A stretch of 64,000 nt of DNA, from the NCBI GenBank assembly GCA_018645365.1, contig JABGOP010000001.1, positions 171,024 to 235,023 on the forward strand, given 5' to 3'. The stretch comes from Candidatus Cloacimonadota bacterium. Lineage in GTDB: Bacteria > Cloacimonadota > Cloacimonadia > Cloacimonadales > TCS61. The notes beneath the pieces are model-generated. The model had not been told where the DNA came from. It did not search any database and saw nothing but the letters and a program-made list of their open reading frames with translations. Both the position numbers and the translations under genes were made by a program. How positions within the stretch are numbered: position 1 is the first letter of the stretch; each line of letters begins with the position of its first letter. Shown here piece after piece: positions 30,620 through 40,946 of the stretch.

Positions 30620-31822
30620 TTAAACTTTTTCAAGTACCATAGCGATACCTTGTCCAACACCTATACACATTGTACAGAGTGCCATTTTAGAATTTGTACG
30701 CTGCAATTGATAAAATGCTGTCGTAACTAATCTTGCACCGCTCATTCCAAGAGGATGCCCGAGTGCTATTGCACCACCGAGTGGATTTATTCTAGGATCA
30801 TCATCTTTAAGACCAAATTCCCTAGAACATCCTAACGATTGTGAAGCAAAAGCTTCATTAAGTTCGATAATATCTATATCATCAAAAGTTAGACCTAAGC
30901 GTTTTAGGAGTTTATTAGTAGCCGGAACAGGTCCCATTCCCATTATGCGTGGTGGAACACCAGCTACATCCATTCCAAGAATTCTAACTTTTGGAGTTAA
31001 TCCATGTTTTTTTACAGCACTTTCCGAAGCTATAATTAAAGCTGCAGCACCATCATTAATGCCGGAAGCATTGCCAGCAGTAATTGATCCGTTTTCACCA
31101 GTAAGAACTCTTAGTGTTGCCAATTTTTCTGGTGATGTAAGTCTTAGATGTTCATCTTTATCAAATATGACTGGATTACCTTTACGTTGAGGAATAGAAA
31201 CAGAAACAATTTCTTCTGCCAGTAAACCATTCTCTTGAGCATCATTGGCTTTCTGCTGGCTCCAATGAGCAAATTTATCTTGATCTTCACGACTAATATT
31301 ATGCTCTTTTGCTATGTTTTCTGCAGTCATTATTAATGGATCGGTACCAAATTTCTTATTGAAAATCTTATTTACAAAACGCCAGCCAATAGTTGTATCA
31401 TGCACTTCTGGTGCTCTTGAAAATGCTGCTAAAGGCTTTCCCATAACATAAGGAGCTCGTGACATACTTTCGATTCCACCAGCAATTATCAAGTCCGCTT
31501 CACCTGCTTTAATTGCTCTGACAGCAGTGCCTATTGCATCCATCCCCGAACCGCAAAGTCTGTTTATTGTCACCCCAGGAATAGCTTCTGAAAATCCAGC
31601 AAGTAGGGAAGCCATTCTGGCAACATTACGATTATCTTCACCTGCCTGGTTTGCACACCCCATAAGGATATCATCAACTGCAAGCCAATCAACATTAGGA
31701 TTTCTTTTCATGATTTCTTTTAGTGGGATTGCACCCAAATCATCCGGTCTGATAGATGAAAGACTACCGCCATATCTTCCTACAGGAGTTCTAATTGCAT
31801 CACATATAAATACATCTGTCAT
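30620..31822 (-). CDS. Thiolase, closest by eye to 3-oxoadipyl-CoA thiolases (PaaJ/PcaF type)
   Basis: FICDAIRTPVGRYGG, GCANQAGEDNRNVARMA, active-site NRLCGSGMDA, DTTIGWRFVN, GNASGINDGAAA and C-terminal CTMCIGVGQGIAM. The long identities are to E. coli PaaJ as I remember it. Confidence 0.8.
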   Translation of the reverse strand: MTDVFICDAIRTPVGRYGGSLSSIRPDDLGAIPLKEIMKRNPNVDWLAVDDILMGCANQAGEDNRNVARMASLLAGFSEAIPGVTINRLCGSGMDAIGTAVRAIKAGEADLIIAGGIESMSRAPYVMGKPLAAFSRAPEVHDTTIGWRFVNKIFNKKFGTDPLIMTAENIAKEHNISREDQDKFAHWSQQKANDAQENGLLAEEIVSVSIPQRKGNPVIFDKDEHLRLTSPEKLATLRVLTGENGSITAGNASGINDGAAALIIASESAVKKHGLTPKVRILGMDVAGVPPRIMGMGPVPATNKLLKRLGLTFDDIDIIELNEAFASQSLGCSREFGLKDDDPRINPLGGAIALGHPLGMSGARLVTTAFYQLQRTNSKMALCTMCIGVGQGIAMVLEKV

Positions 31823-31837
31823 AAATTTTACCTCAAA

Positions 31838-33184
31838 TTATATATTTTCTAGTTCTGATTTTATTAGTTTGAAACCATTGAGTATTGCCGCTGAAAGTAT
31901 ATCAACTTCCTTTTGTTTAAGAGCTGTTGAAAACATGCAGGTGCAAGTGTTAACCATCATTATTCTTTCATTAATAAAAAGATAATCGAGTAATTTTTTT
32001 ATCAATAATGTTTTTTCTTTAGTTTGGAACGCTTCGCGGTAAGTAGTTGGTGGTGTTGCTGTTAGGTGAATGCGGAACATTGAGCCTGCACCAGTAATGG
32101 AAACAGGAACATCTGCAATTTTTATCGCTTCTTTAATTTGACTGATTGCTTTTTGAGTTAAGGCATTTAATTTTAAAACAGCATCTTCATCAAATAATTC
32201 CATAGCAACACGTCCTGCAGTCATGGTTATTGGGTTTGCAGAAAAAGTACCAGAATGAGGGAAGAGTAGTTTACTTTCGCTTGGATCGAGCACTTTCATA
32301 ATATCACCCCTTCCAGCAAGAGCTCCAACGGGAAATCCGCCACCTATCATTTTTCCCATTGCGGTAAGGTCTGGTTTTACTGAATAATTATTTTGTGTAC
32401 CACTATAATTTACACGTAGGGTCACTACTTCATCAAATACTAGCAATGCACCATTTCTACGAGTCCAATTGTACATAGCTTCTATGAAATCAGAATGTGC
32501 TTGGATTAGTCCTACTCTGTGTGGAACAGGATCGATTAAAATGCAAGCTATGTCATTAGCATGTTGATCTAAAATTGCAATAGTTCTTTCAATATCATTA
32601 AAAGGAAAAATAATAACATCATCCAAAACTCCTTGCGGAGTGCCGTTTGCCAGCGGAACACTGTTGGGATTATTTATATCACCCCAATTTGAAGGATTAG
32701 CAGTTTGGCTAATTTCGGCAAAATCATAAGTGCCGTGGTAAGCTCCTTCTGCTTTAGCAATTTTCGGTCTACCTGTATAAGCTCTAGACGCTTTTATCAT
32801 TGCCATTACTGCTTCAGTACCCGAGTTCATAAAACGGATTTTATCAAAAGTTGGTACTCTATTACACAGTAATTGGGCAAAAGCAACTTCAGCTTCAGTT
32901 GCCATAGTGTAGGCAGTTCCTTTTCGTAATTGTTCGGTGACTGCATCAACGATCTGCGGATTTGCATGACCATGGATTAAAGATGCCATATTATTAGCGA
33001 AGTCTATTCGCTGAACACCATCAATATCGTTTACGTAGCACCCAGAAGCACTAGAAACATAAAACGGATGCGGTTTCCTAAAGATAGTATTTCTGCTTAC
33101 GCCACCAGGAAGCACATTACAAGCTTGTTTATAAATCTCTTTACTTGAATGTTTTTGTTCTGTTGAATTAATATTATTATTCAT
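31838..33184 (-). CDS. Class-III PLP aminotransferase of the glutamate-1-semialdehyde-aminomutase-like branch
   Basis: LPGGVSRN, MNSGTEAVM, and the PLP-lysine context DLTAMGKMIGGGFPVGA that parallels GSAM. Confidence 0.8.
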   Translation of the reverse strand: MNNNINSTEQKHSSKEIYKQACNVLPGGVSRNTIFRKPHPFYVSSASGCYVNDIDGVQRIDFANNMASLIHGHANPQIVDAVTEQLRKGTAYTMATEAEVAFAQLLCNRVPTFDKIRFMNSGTEAVMAMIKASRAYTGRPKIAKAEGAYHGTYDFAEISQTANPSNWGDINNPNSVPLANGTPQGVLDDVIIFPFNDIERTIAILDQHANDIACILIDPVPHRVGLIQAHSDFIEAMYNWTRRNGALLVFDEVVTLRVNYSGTQNNYSVKPDLTAMGKMIGGGFPVGALAGRGDIMKVLDPSESKLLFPHSGTFSANPITMTAGRVAMELFDEDAVLKLNALTQKAISQIKEAIKIADVPVSITGAGSMFRIHLTATPPTTYREAFQTKEKTLLIKKLLDYLFINERIMMVNTCTCMFSTALKQKEVDILSAAILNGFKLIKSELENI

Positions 33185-33223
33185 AATTTTAAGTAATCCT
33201 CCATAAGATTAGATGACAATATT

Positions 33224-33880
33224 TTAATATTGATGCAGTTTTGCACCAGTATTTTGCTGTAGATATTCAAAAGTAACATCAGGTGCAAGTTCTCTTACAA
33301 AAAGACCTTTATCTGTAACATCGATTATAGCAAGATTACTATAAATTCTATTAACAACCCCTTTTCCAGTGAGGGGATATGTACATTCTTTAATTATTTT
33401 AGAATCACCATGTTTAGTGGTATGCTGAGTTATAACAAATATTGTCTTCACTCCCGCAACCAGATCCATTGCTCCACCAACAGCTGGGATGGCACCAGGT
33501 TTACCTGTTGACCAATTAGCTAAATCACCTTCTTGGGAAACCTGCATGGCACCTAAAACACAGATGTCGATATGACTTCCGCGGATCATTGTGAAGCTGT
33601 CTGCATGATGAAAGAAACAAGCACCAGGAATAGCAGTTATACATTTTTTCCCGGCATTAATTAATTCGGGATCTTCCTTGCCACTCTCTGGAACCTGACC
33701 CATACCAAGTAAACCATTTTCTGTATGATAAATAACTTCTCTTCCATCGGGTACGAAATCCGCAACTAATTCTGGCATACCAATTCCAAGATTTACATAA
33801 GATCCATCGGGAATATCAAGAGCAGCTTTTTGTGCCATTTGATTTCGATCCCAACCAATTTTCTTTTCTGTTATCGACAT
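33224..33880 (-). CDS. 3-oxoacid CoA-transferase, subunit B
   Basis: 218 aa. The catalytic-Glu region is HTENGLLGMG. There is a 10-nt overlap with subunit A. Confidence 0.85.
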   Translation of the reverse strand: MSITEKKIGWDRNQMAQKAALDIPDGSYVNLGIGMPELVADFVPDGREVIYHTENGLLGMGQVPESGKEDPELINAGKKCITAIPGACFFHHADSFTMIRGSHIDICVLGAMQVSQEGDLANWSTGKPGAIPAVGGAMDLVAGVKTIFVITQHTTKHGDSKIIKECTYPLTGKGVVNRIYSNLAIIDVTDKGLFVRELAPDVTFEYLQQNTGAKLHQY

Positions 33881-34587
33881 GGATACCTCCTGTCTTCAGC
33901 AACGAGTTTAGATTCAGCTTCGGGATTTGTAACTTCTATAACTTTTGTTACAAAGATTCCAGGAGTGACTACGATTTCTGGGTCTATCTCACCGGGTTCG
34001 ACTATTTTTTTTGTCTGAACAATTGTTGTTTTGGCAGCAGTGCACATGATTGGACCAAAATTTCTGGCAGTTTTATGATAGGTTAAATTTCCATATCTAT
34101 CCGCAAGATTACATTTTACTAATGAAAAATCTGCTTTTATTGCATATTCCATAACATAAGTTTTACCTTCAATAATACGAATTTCTTTTCCCTCGGCAAG
34201 TGGAGTATTTACAGAACTTGGTGTAAAAAAGGCAGGAATACCTGCACCTCCAGCTCTGATGCGTTCTGCAAGTGTTCCTTGCGGAACAAGCTCAAGTTCG
34301 ATCTCGTTTTTATAATACAAATCTGGAAATACTGTAGAATTAGCAGTTCTTGGAAATGAACAAATCATTTTTTTTACTTGCTTATTCTCAATAAGTGCTG
34401 CAAGTCCGACATGACCGCTTCCGGTATTATTACTCACAACAGTAAGGTCTTTTGCACCATGATCTATTAATGCATGAATTAATTCTATGGGGCTGCCTGC
34501 TTCTCCGAACCCGCCAATTAAAACAATAGCTCCGTCAAAAATATCAGCAACAGCTTCTGCTGCTGAATTTACAATTTTATTAATCAT
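33871..34587 (-). CDS. 3-oxoacid CoA-transferase, subunit A
   Basis: 238 aa with IGGFGEAGSP, VSNNTG and QGTLAERIRAGGAGIPAFFT. Confidence 0.85.
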   Translation of the reverse strand: MINKIVNSAAEAVADIFDGAIVLIGGFGEAGSPIELIHALIDHGAKDLTVVSNNTGSGHVGLAALIENKQVKKMICSFPRTANSTVFPDLYYKNEIELELVPQGTLAERIRAGGAGIPAFFTPSSVNTPLAEGKEIRIIEGKTYVMEYAIKADFSLVKCNLADRYGNLTYHKTARNFGPIMCTAAKTTIVQTKKIVEPGEIDPEIVVTPGIFVTKVIEVTNPEAESKLVAEDRRYPCR

Positions 34588-34618
34588 AAATTATTCTCCT
34601 TTGAAATTGATTAATTTA

Positions 34619-36226
34619 TTATTTTTTTAATCTTTTTTCTAAAGTTTCCTGAAGAGCATCTTCTTTGTTTTTTAAATCATCTTCGTAGAAATGTTTATCT
34701 GTATCAAATGGTTTAAGATTTGCAATTGTGTTTTCTTTCTCATCATATTTTGTTAGGAAAACCTTATCTAACCATTCCATATTTCTAGCTTCGTTAAATT
34801 TTAAAGCAAATGCTGTTTTGCCGTTCACTTCAACTGTTCCCAATAAAGATACTTTTCCTGCTGAAGATGTCATGGTGATATATCTTGATGGACGGTTTAT
34901 TGAGGGTAGGGAACGGTAAACTTTATTGAAAACTCTATTTATGTCTGCAAGTGGGACAGTGAAATAATGATGTTCACCGGTTGGTCGTGCACAATACATA
35001 GAATGAAATCCAATAGACAATATTGCAAGAATGTTGCCTAAATCTATCCAGTTTTGAGCAGAGCGTTCAACATCAATTTTACCATTTTCATCAGTGAATA
35101 AGCTGATGTGATTCATTATGGGACTCTGGCTTTTAATGACTACTCCCGCAGCTCTAAGCCTACGGACTGCTGCAATTGTGCTAATGTTCAAAAGTTCTTT
35201 TGGAGTAGAAATATGAGCCATCCACACAACTTGAATTCCATTGTTGTTTAGTTTTTTAAATAAATCTAACATATTGTTATAATCATTACTTAAAATCATT
35301 TCTGGAGAAAAAGTAAGAGCCCTAGTTCCAAGACGCAAAGTTCTAATGTGCATAAGGTTTGGGTTTTCAATTAACGGCAGAACATATTGTTCTAACCTCT
35401 CAAAACTCATTTTACTAGCATCTCCACCGGTTATGAGTACATCAGTAATCTCTTTATGTAGTGCTAAATAATTATGAACTTGTTTAATCTCTCTCTGGAT
35501 GAACATATCTTCATCACCACGAACCTGAGCATGACGGAAGCAGTATGTACAGAATGCAAAACAGCTTTGTGTTGTTTTGTCAAAGAGAAGAATGCATTGC
35601 GGATATTTATGCTGACAACCATCAAGAATTTCTAATTCACCATCTTCATTTTTGAACCATGGTTTGTTTAATAGTTGCTTGCCATCATGAGGGTTTGTCA
35701 TTTTCATATATTCATCAATTATTGTTTTTCTTTCATCGTCAGATTTTGCTTCAGTATATAAATTAACTGTTTCGGCTTGTATCATTTCCAGTTGAGGAAA
35801 AACAAGTTGGAAGAGAGAGTCATCAGTAAAATTATTCCAATTTATTGTGTTGAGAACATGCTTGGTTGCCAAAAAGCGATAAACTTGAATAAAAAGCTCG
35901 CGTGCTTTGATATGTCCGATATTGATTCCACTTTTGTGTAATATTTCAACTATTTCTCTAAAACCGCTTAATCCTGCATAATGTTCTTTGCCAGTGAATA
36001 AAAATTTGGAAGACTCCATTATGTCTGAATGATGAGTAAAGCAGGAATGCAATCTTGATAACACACCAGCAGGCAGAAGATTTTCTTTCATAATATTCGA
36101 TTTTATATCATCAGAATAGTGATAGCGATCCATCATTTTTTTAACATCAGAAACCTGAATATCAATTTTTTTGACAGAATTTTTTGTGTCAGATTTCTCT
36201 TCTCTTGCGTTTTGAATTGTAGCCAT
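34619..36226 (-). CDS. KamA-family radical-SAM / PLP amino-acid 2,3-aminomutase-like protein, long form (535 aa)
   Basis: CFAFCTYC (Cx3Cx2C), DVLITGGDA, LRLGTRAL, and YCARPTGEHHYFTVPL paralleling KamA YQCDLSLGLEHFRTPV. The PLP-lysine context is SSAGK. There is an extra N-terminal region of roughly 130 aa. Confidence 0.75.
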   Translation of the reverse strand: MATIQNAREEKSDTKNSVKKIDIQVSDVKKMMDRYHYSDDIKSNIMKENLLPAGVLSRLHSCFTHHSDIMESSKFLFTGKEHYAGLSGFREIVEILHKSGINIGHIKARELFIQVYRFLATKHVLNTINWNNFTDDSLFQLVFPQLEMIQAETVNLYTEAKSDDERKTIIDEYMKMTNPHDGKQLLNKPWFKNEDGELEILDGCQHKYPQCILLFDKTTQSCFAFCTYCFRHAQVRGDEDMFIQREIKQVHNYLALHKEITDVLITGGDASKMSFERLEQYVLPLIENPNLMHIRTLRLGTRALTFSPEMILSNDYNNMLDLFKKLNNNGIQVVWMAHISTPKELLNISTIAAVRRLRAAGVVIKSQSPIMNHISLFTDENGKIDVERSAQNWIDLGNILAILSIGFHSMYCARPTGEHHYFTVPLADINRVFNKVYRSLPSINRPSRYITMTSSAGKVSLLGTVEVNGKTAFALKFNEARNMEWLDKVFLTKYDEKENTIANLKPFDTDKHFYEDDLKNKEDALQETLEKRLKK

Positions 36227-36239
36227 AATTGCTCCGATA

Positions 36240-37529
36240 TTATTTTATTTTTATAAATTTTTCTAAGTATTTAAAATCATCTTCCAATTTTCCGCGGTGC
36301 GTAATGCACGCTTTTTTAATTTCATCTGGCAGTGTTGAATCTGCGATTGATTTTGTGTAATCATTCAAAAGCATCTCTTTTATAAATGGCATTAATGCTT
36401 CCGAAAATGTATCAGACGCTTCTTTTGGGAATTCGCATGGAAGGTTGTCAACGGCACAATTAGCTATTCCATCACCAGCAAATCCATCGGTAATTTTACC
36501 CGTTTTTGGATTGAAAATAAAGGTGGAATTATCGGGATAAGTTGCTTTTAATGTAGCTTCTACTGAGCCACCAATATCGCAAGTGATATCACCGATAATG
36601 ATGAGTTTTTGCCATTTTTCGAGTTCGGCATTTCTCAGGAAAACAGGATAGCCCGGTGCCCAGTAAATAGCGTTCATATAAACGCTACAGTGTGGCAAGT
36701 ATTGCTCCATATTTGAAAGATATTTATCACCGTTTTGGAAATAATCTGAAAGCTCAAAGGGTTGTCCATCGGCGCGTTTTACCATATCTTTTTCTTTGAA
36801 AACCGTAAGATAAATCTTGTTGTTCTTGTGGTTTTTTGAATGTGCCCCTAATTGGTTTGGCTTTATCTCTATTATTGGTAATTTTGCCAAAATTTCTTTG
36901 CAACCGCTAGCCACATGACCATATCCCATCAGAAAAATATTAAGTGGAACAATCTCGTCAGGTAACCCAGTTTTTGCTATTTCTTTACCAATTTCACCGA
37001 TGTGTTCAATCGCTTTCTGTAAAGATTCGTATTCAAATGAACGCTTAATTTTCAAAAAAGGTGTATCTATTTTGAATTGTCGTTTCAACCTTTGACCCAG
37101 CCCCCAAAGTGTGTCCACCATACCTGCATCGCCGGCAAATTTCCCAAAAAAGACTAATCTGCGATTTTGAATATCTGCAATTTTTTCATAATCAAAAAGG
37201 GTAATGTTTTGGTCTAAAATATTTTGCAGAAGTGGCATGTTGTAATCTTGCCCTTTGATTGTGTGCGAAAAAAATAAGTGTGGTTTATTAGGAATTAAAT
37301 CATCAATAGGAATCTCTTTCACGCCGATAATTAAGTCACATTCCGATAAATCAGCAGAAATTTGAGCACCCACATTTAGGTACTCGTCATCTTTATAAAT
37401 CCGAATTTGGGAGGGTTGTACTATTACTTCAAAGCCGTCATTAACCAACTTTTTGACCGCTGTTGGATTTAGTGGAACGCGTCGTTCCCATTTATTTTTT
37501 GTCTCAATTTTTATGCCTAATTTTCTCAT
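36240..37529 (-). CDS. Lysine-ketoglutarate reductase-like (saccharopine dehydrogenase, L-lysine-forming; AASS N-terminal half homologue)
   Basis: By-eye alignment to the LKR half of animal AASS: NKWERRVPLNP, FFSHTIKGQDYNMPLL, LFDYEKI, GDITCDIGGSVE and VDNLPCEFPKEAS. Confidence 0.75.
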   Translation of the reverse strand: MRKLGIKIETKNKWERRVPLNPTAVKKLVNDGFEVIVQPSQIRIYKDDEYLNVGAQISADLSECDLIIGVKEIPIDDLIPNKPHLFFSHTIKGQDYNMPLLQNILDQNITLFDYEKIADIQNRRLVFFGKFAGDAGMVDTLWGLGQRLKRQFKIDTPFLKIKRSFEYESLQKAIEHIGEIGKEIAKTGLPDEIVPLNIFLMGYGHVASGCKEILAKLPIIEIKPNQLGAHSKNHKNNKIYLTVFKEKDMVKRADGQPFELSDYFQNGDKYLSNMEQYLPHCSVYMNAIYWAPGYPVFLRNAELEKWQKLIIIGDITCDIGGSVEATLKATYPDNSTFIFNPKTGKITDGFAGDGIANCAVDNLPCEFPKEASDTFSEALMPFIKEMLLNDYTKSIADSTLPDEIKKACITHRGKLEDDFKYLEKFIKIK

Positions 37530-37541
37530 TTATCTGTCTTC

Positions 37542-38861
37542 CTAAAAGAATTTTTCGATTAATTTAATGTTGAGGTTTTCAAGTTCAGCCAAAACGGGTT
37601 CATAAATTTCTGGGAGAGTAGGCATGTAAACGCCAGTCAAATTTATTTTGTTTTCCAAAATTATGCGAACAGCAATTGCCGCAGGCAAAGAGACCGTTCT
37701 TGCCATCGAACTGTCGCCGTTTGGAATTCCATAATCTATCATTGTGGATGTTATTTTTTGGGTTTTATTTGGATATTTAGCGACAAATTTATGATGTAGA
37801 ACAAGTAAATCTCGTTCGCCTTTTTCGTACGACATTTTTTCGAGCATAATGGCGGTGAGAACATCGATTGCTCCACCTTTTTTGATTGGAATTTTTGAGT
37901 CATCGAAAAAACCAAGCCACTCAAATTTTTTCAAGATAATGCCATTTTTGGAAAGATTAAATTTTTCTATTAAAAAAGTCTTAAGGCATTCACCTTTGTT
38001 TAATTTGAACATTTTAGTTAAAATAAATTCCTTCACGGTTCCTGTTAAATTCTCAAAAATTTCGTCCTCTTTATAGAACCCCATTTGCGATAACGTAAAC
38101 CATGTGTCGCAATGGCTAATATTTCGGAAGGTTCCTCTGTACATTGTTTTCACATCTTTCAAATTGTATAAATCAACGTAGTCTAGCGAGTTACGGTTTG
38201 GGTATGCTTCTAGGGTTCCGATGCCATCTACATCAACGAGCCAATAGTTAGCAAAAAGATTTTTACCCTCTACCTCGATAATTTCACCATTTTTCATATA
38301 TTTAGCGCCATTTCCAGCTGCCTTTAGAACACCCTTGGGAGCCCACGAAAATTTATATCCGAGTGGGTTTGTGTTTGCTTCTGGAGCCGGAAGTCCGCCA
38401 CAATAACTCATAAAGCTGATGACCTTTCCACCGTTTTCTTCCACTTGATGAAAAATTTTCATCGCACTCATGTGGTCTATACCAGGATCAACGCCAATTT
38501 CATTCAAAATAATGATGCCAGCTTTTTTTGCCGCTTCATCAAGTTGGCGCATTTCGGGACTAATGTAGGAAGCCGTAACCATATTTTTTTTATGCTTGAT
38601 GCATTTTTTGGCAATTTTTACATGAAAAATAGCTGGCAATAAACTAACCACAATGTCGCTATTTTGCACCAGATTGTCAAGCTCTTCAGCATTGTTTATG
38701 TTGAATTGAAAAGGGGTGGCGTTTGTGTGGTTATCGGTAAGTTTTTTTGCTTTTGAGAAAGCAATGTCTGCAACCGTAATTTCATAACCGTGTTTAGCTA
38801 AATAATCCACCATCGGTTTTACTACTAATCCCGCACCGAGAATAGTCACTTTTTTATTCAT
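37542..38861 (-). CDS. Saccharopine dehydrogenase (L-glutamate-forming; Lys9 / AASS C-terminal half homologue)
   Basis: VTILGAGLV Rossmann motif, MVTASYISPEM, GVDPGIDHMSAM, YCGGLPAPEANTNPLGYKFSWAP and LEAYPNRNS. Confidence 0.8.
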   Translation of the reverse strand: MNKKVTILGAGLVVKPMVDYLAKHGYEITVADIAFSKAKKLTDNHTNATPFQFNINNAEELDNLVQNSDIVVSLLPAIFHVKIAKKCIKHKKNMVTASYISPEMRQLDEAAKKAGIIILNEIGVDPGIDHMSAMKIFHQVEENGGKVISFMSYCGGLPAPEANTNPLGYKFSWAPKGVLKAAGNGAKYMKNGEIIEVEGKNLFANYWLVDVDGIGTLEAYPNRNSLDYVDLYNLKDVKTMYRGTFRNISHCDTWFTLSQMGFYKEDEIFENLTGTVKEFILTKMFKLNKGECLKTFLIEKFNLSKNGIILKKFEWLGFFDDSKIPIKKGGAIDVLTAIMLEKMSYEKGERDLLVLHHKFVAKYPNKTQKITSTMIDYGIPNGDSSMARTVSLPAAIAVRIILENKINLTGVYMPTLPEIYEPVLAELENLNIKLIEKFF

Positions 38862-38948
38862 TTATATTCTCCAAATTTTCATTAATTTTTACGAAAACAA
38901 AATTATAATTTGAAAATTTGTGTCAACCTTAATAAATCATTTTTTTAT

Positions 38949-38954
38949 TTGACA
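38949..38954 (+). promoter_or_regulatory. Candidate -35 hexamer (TTGACA) for groEL
   Basis: Perfect TTGACA lies 20 nt upstream of the CIRCE element. The expected -10 region (AAGATT/AGATTA) is weak and overlaps CIRCE. Confidence 0.35.
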
Positions 38955-38974
38955 AAAATATTCACAAAAAAAGA

Positions 38975-39001
38975 TTAGCACTCGATATGTGTGATTGCTA
39001 A
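38975..39001 (+). promoter_or_regulatory. CIRCE operator (HrcA binding site)
   Basis: TTAGCACTC-N9-GATTGCTAA against the consensus TTAGCACTC-N9-GAGTGCTAA, one mismatch. It ends 36 nt upstream of the groEL ATG. Confidence 0.8.
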
Positions 39002-39036
39002 AAAATAAAAAAATAAAGATAAATTAGGAGGCTTAA

Positions 39037-40668
<1,632 letters not shown>

Positions 40669-40682
40669 TCAATTTTAAAAAA

Positions 40683-40712
40683 AACCTTCGAGATTTTCTC
40701 GAAGGTTTTTTT
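40683..40712 (+). terminator. Rho-independent terminator of groEL
   Basis: Perfect 11-bp stem aaccttcgaga / tctcgaaggtt with a 3-nt loop, followed by a T-run. Confidence 0.85.
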
Positions 40713-40781
40713 ATTTATCTGCAAAAAATCTTGACCTTTTAATATGATTAAAAAAGTTTGTTTATCATAGATGTTTATCGT

Positions 40782-40868
40782 GCCGAAGTGGTGAAATTGG
40801 TATACGCAGTGGATTCAAAATCCTCCGAGCTTATGCTCGTGCCGGTTCGATTCCGGCCTTCGGCACCA
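40782..40868 (+). tRNA. tRNA-Leu (anticodon CAA), type II with a long variable arm and encoded CCA
   Basis: Acceptor GCCGAAG/CTTCGGC, discriminator A, CCA. The anticodon loop is TTCAAAA on stem GTGGA/TCCTC with one U-U mismatch. The T-arm is CCGGTTCGATTCCGG. It is near-colinear with E. coli tRNA-Leu(CAA) as I remember it. Confidence 0.9.
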
Positions 40869-40946
40869 AATTATTTTGGAGGTTTTTTTCGTAAATTTGT
40901 GCGTTTATAAGTTACAATTTTTAATCAATTTATTCTGGAGGAATTT

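Noticed and set aside
38902-38926. Minus-strand TTGACA (38926..38921) plus TATAAT (38907..38902) as the promoter of the saccharopine/aminomutase operon.
   Set aside because: The spacer is only 13 nt, too short for a sigma-70-type promoter. I therefore do not report it as a feature, although the hexamers themselves are perfect.
40782-40946. tRNA-Leu as an integration site for a genomic island that includes the PorV-like/protease module.
   Set aside because: No integrase, no direct repeat of the tRNA 3' end and no mobility gene was seen downstream within the window.
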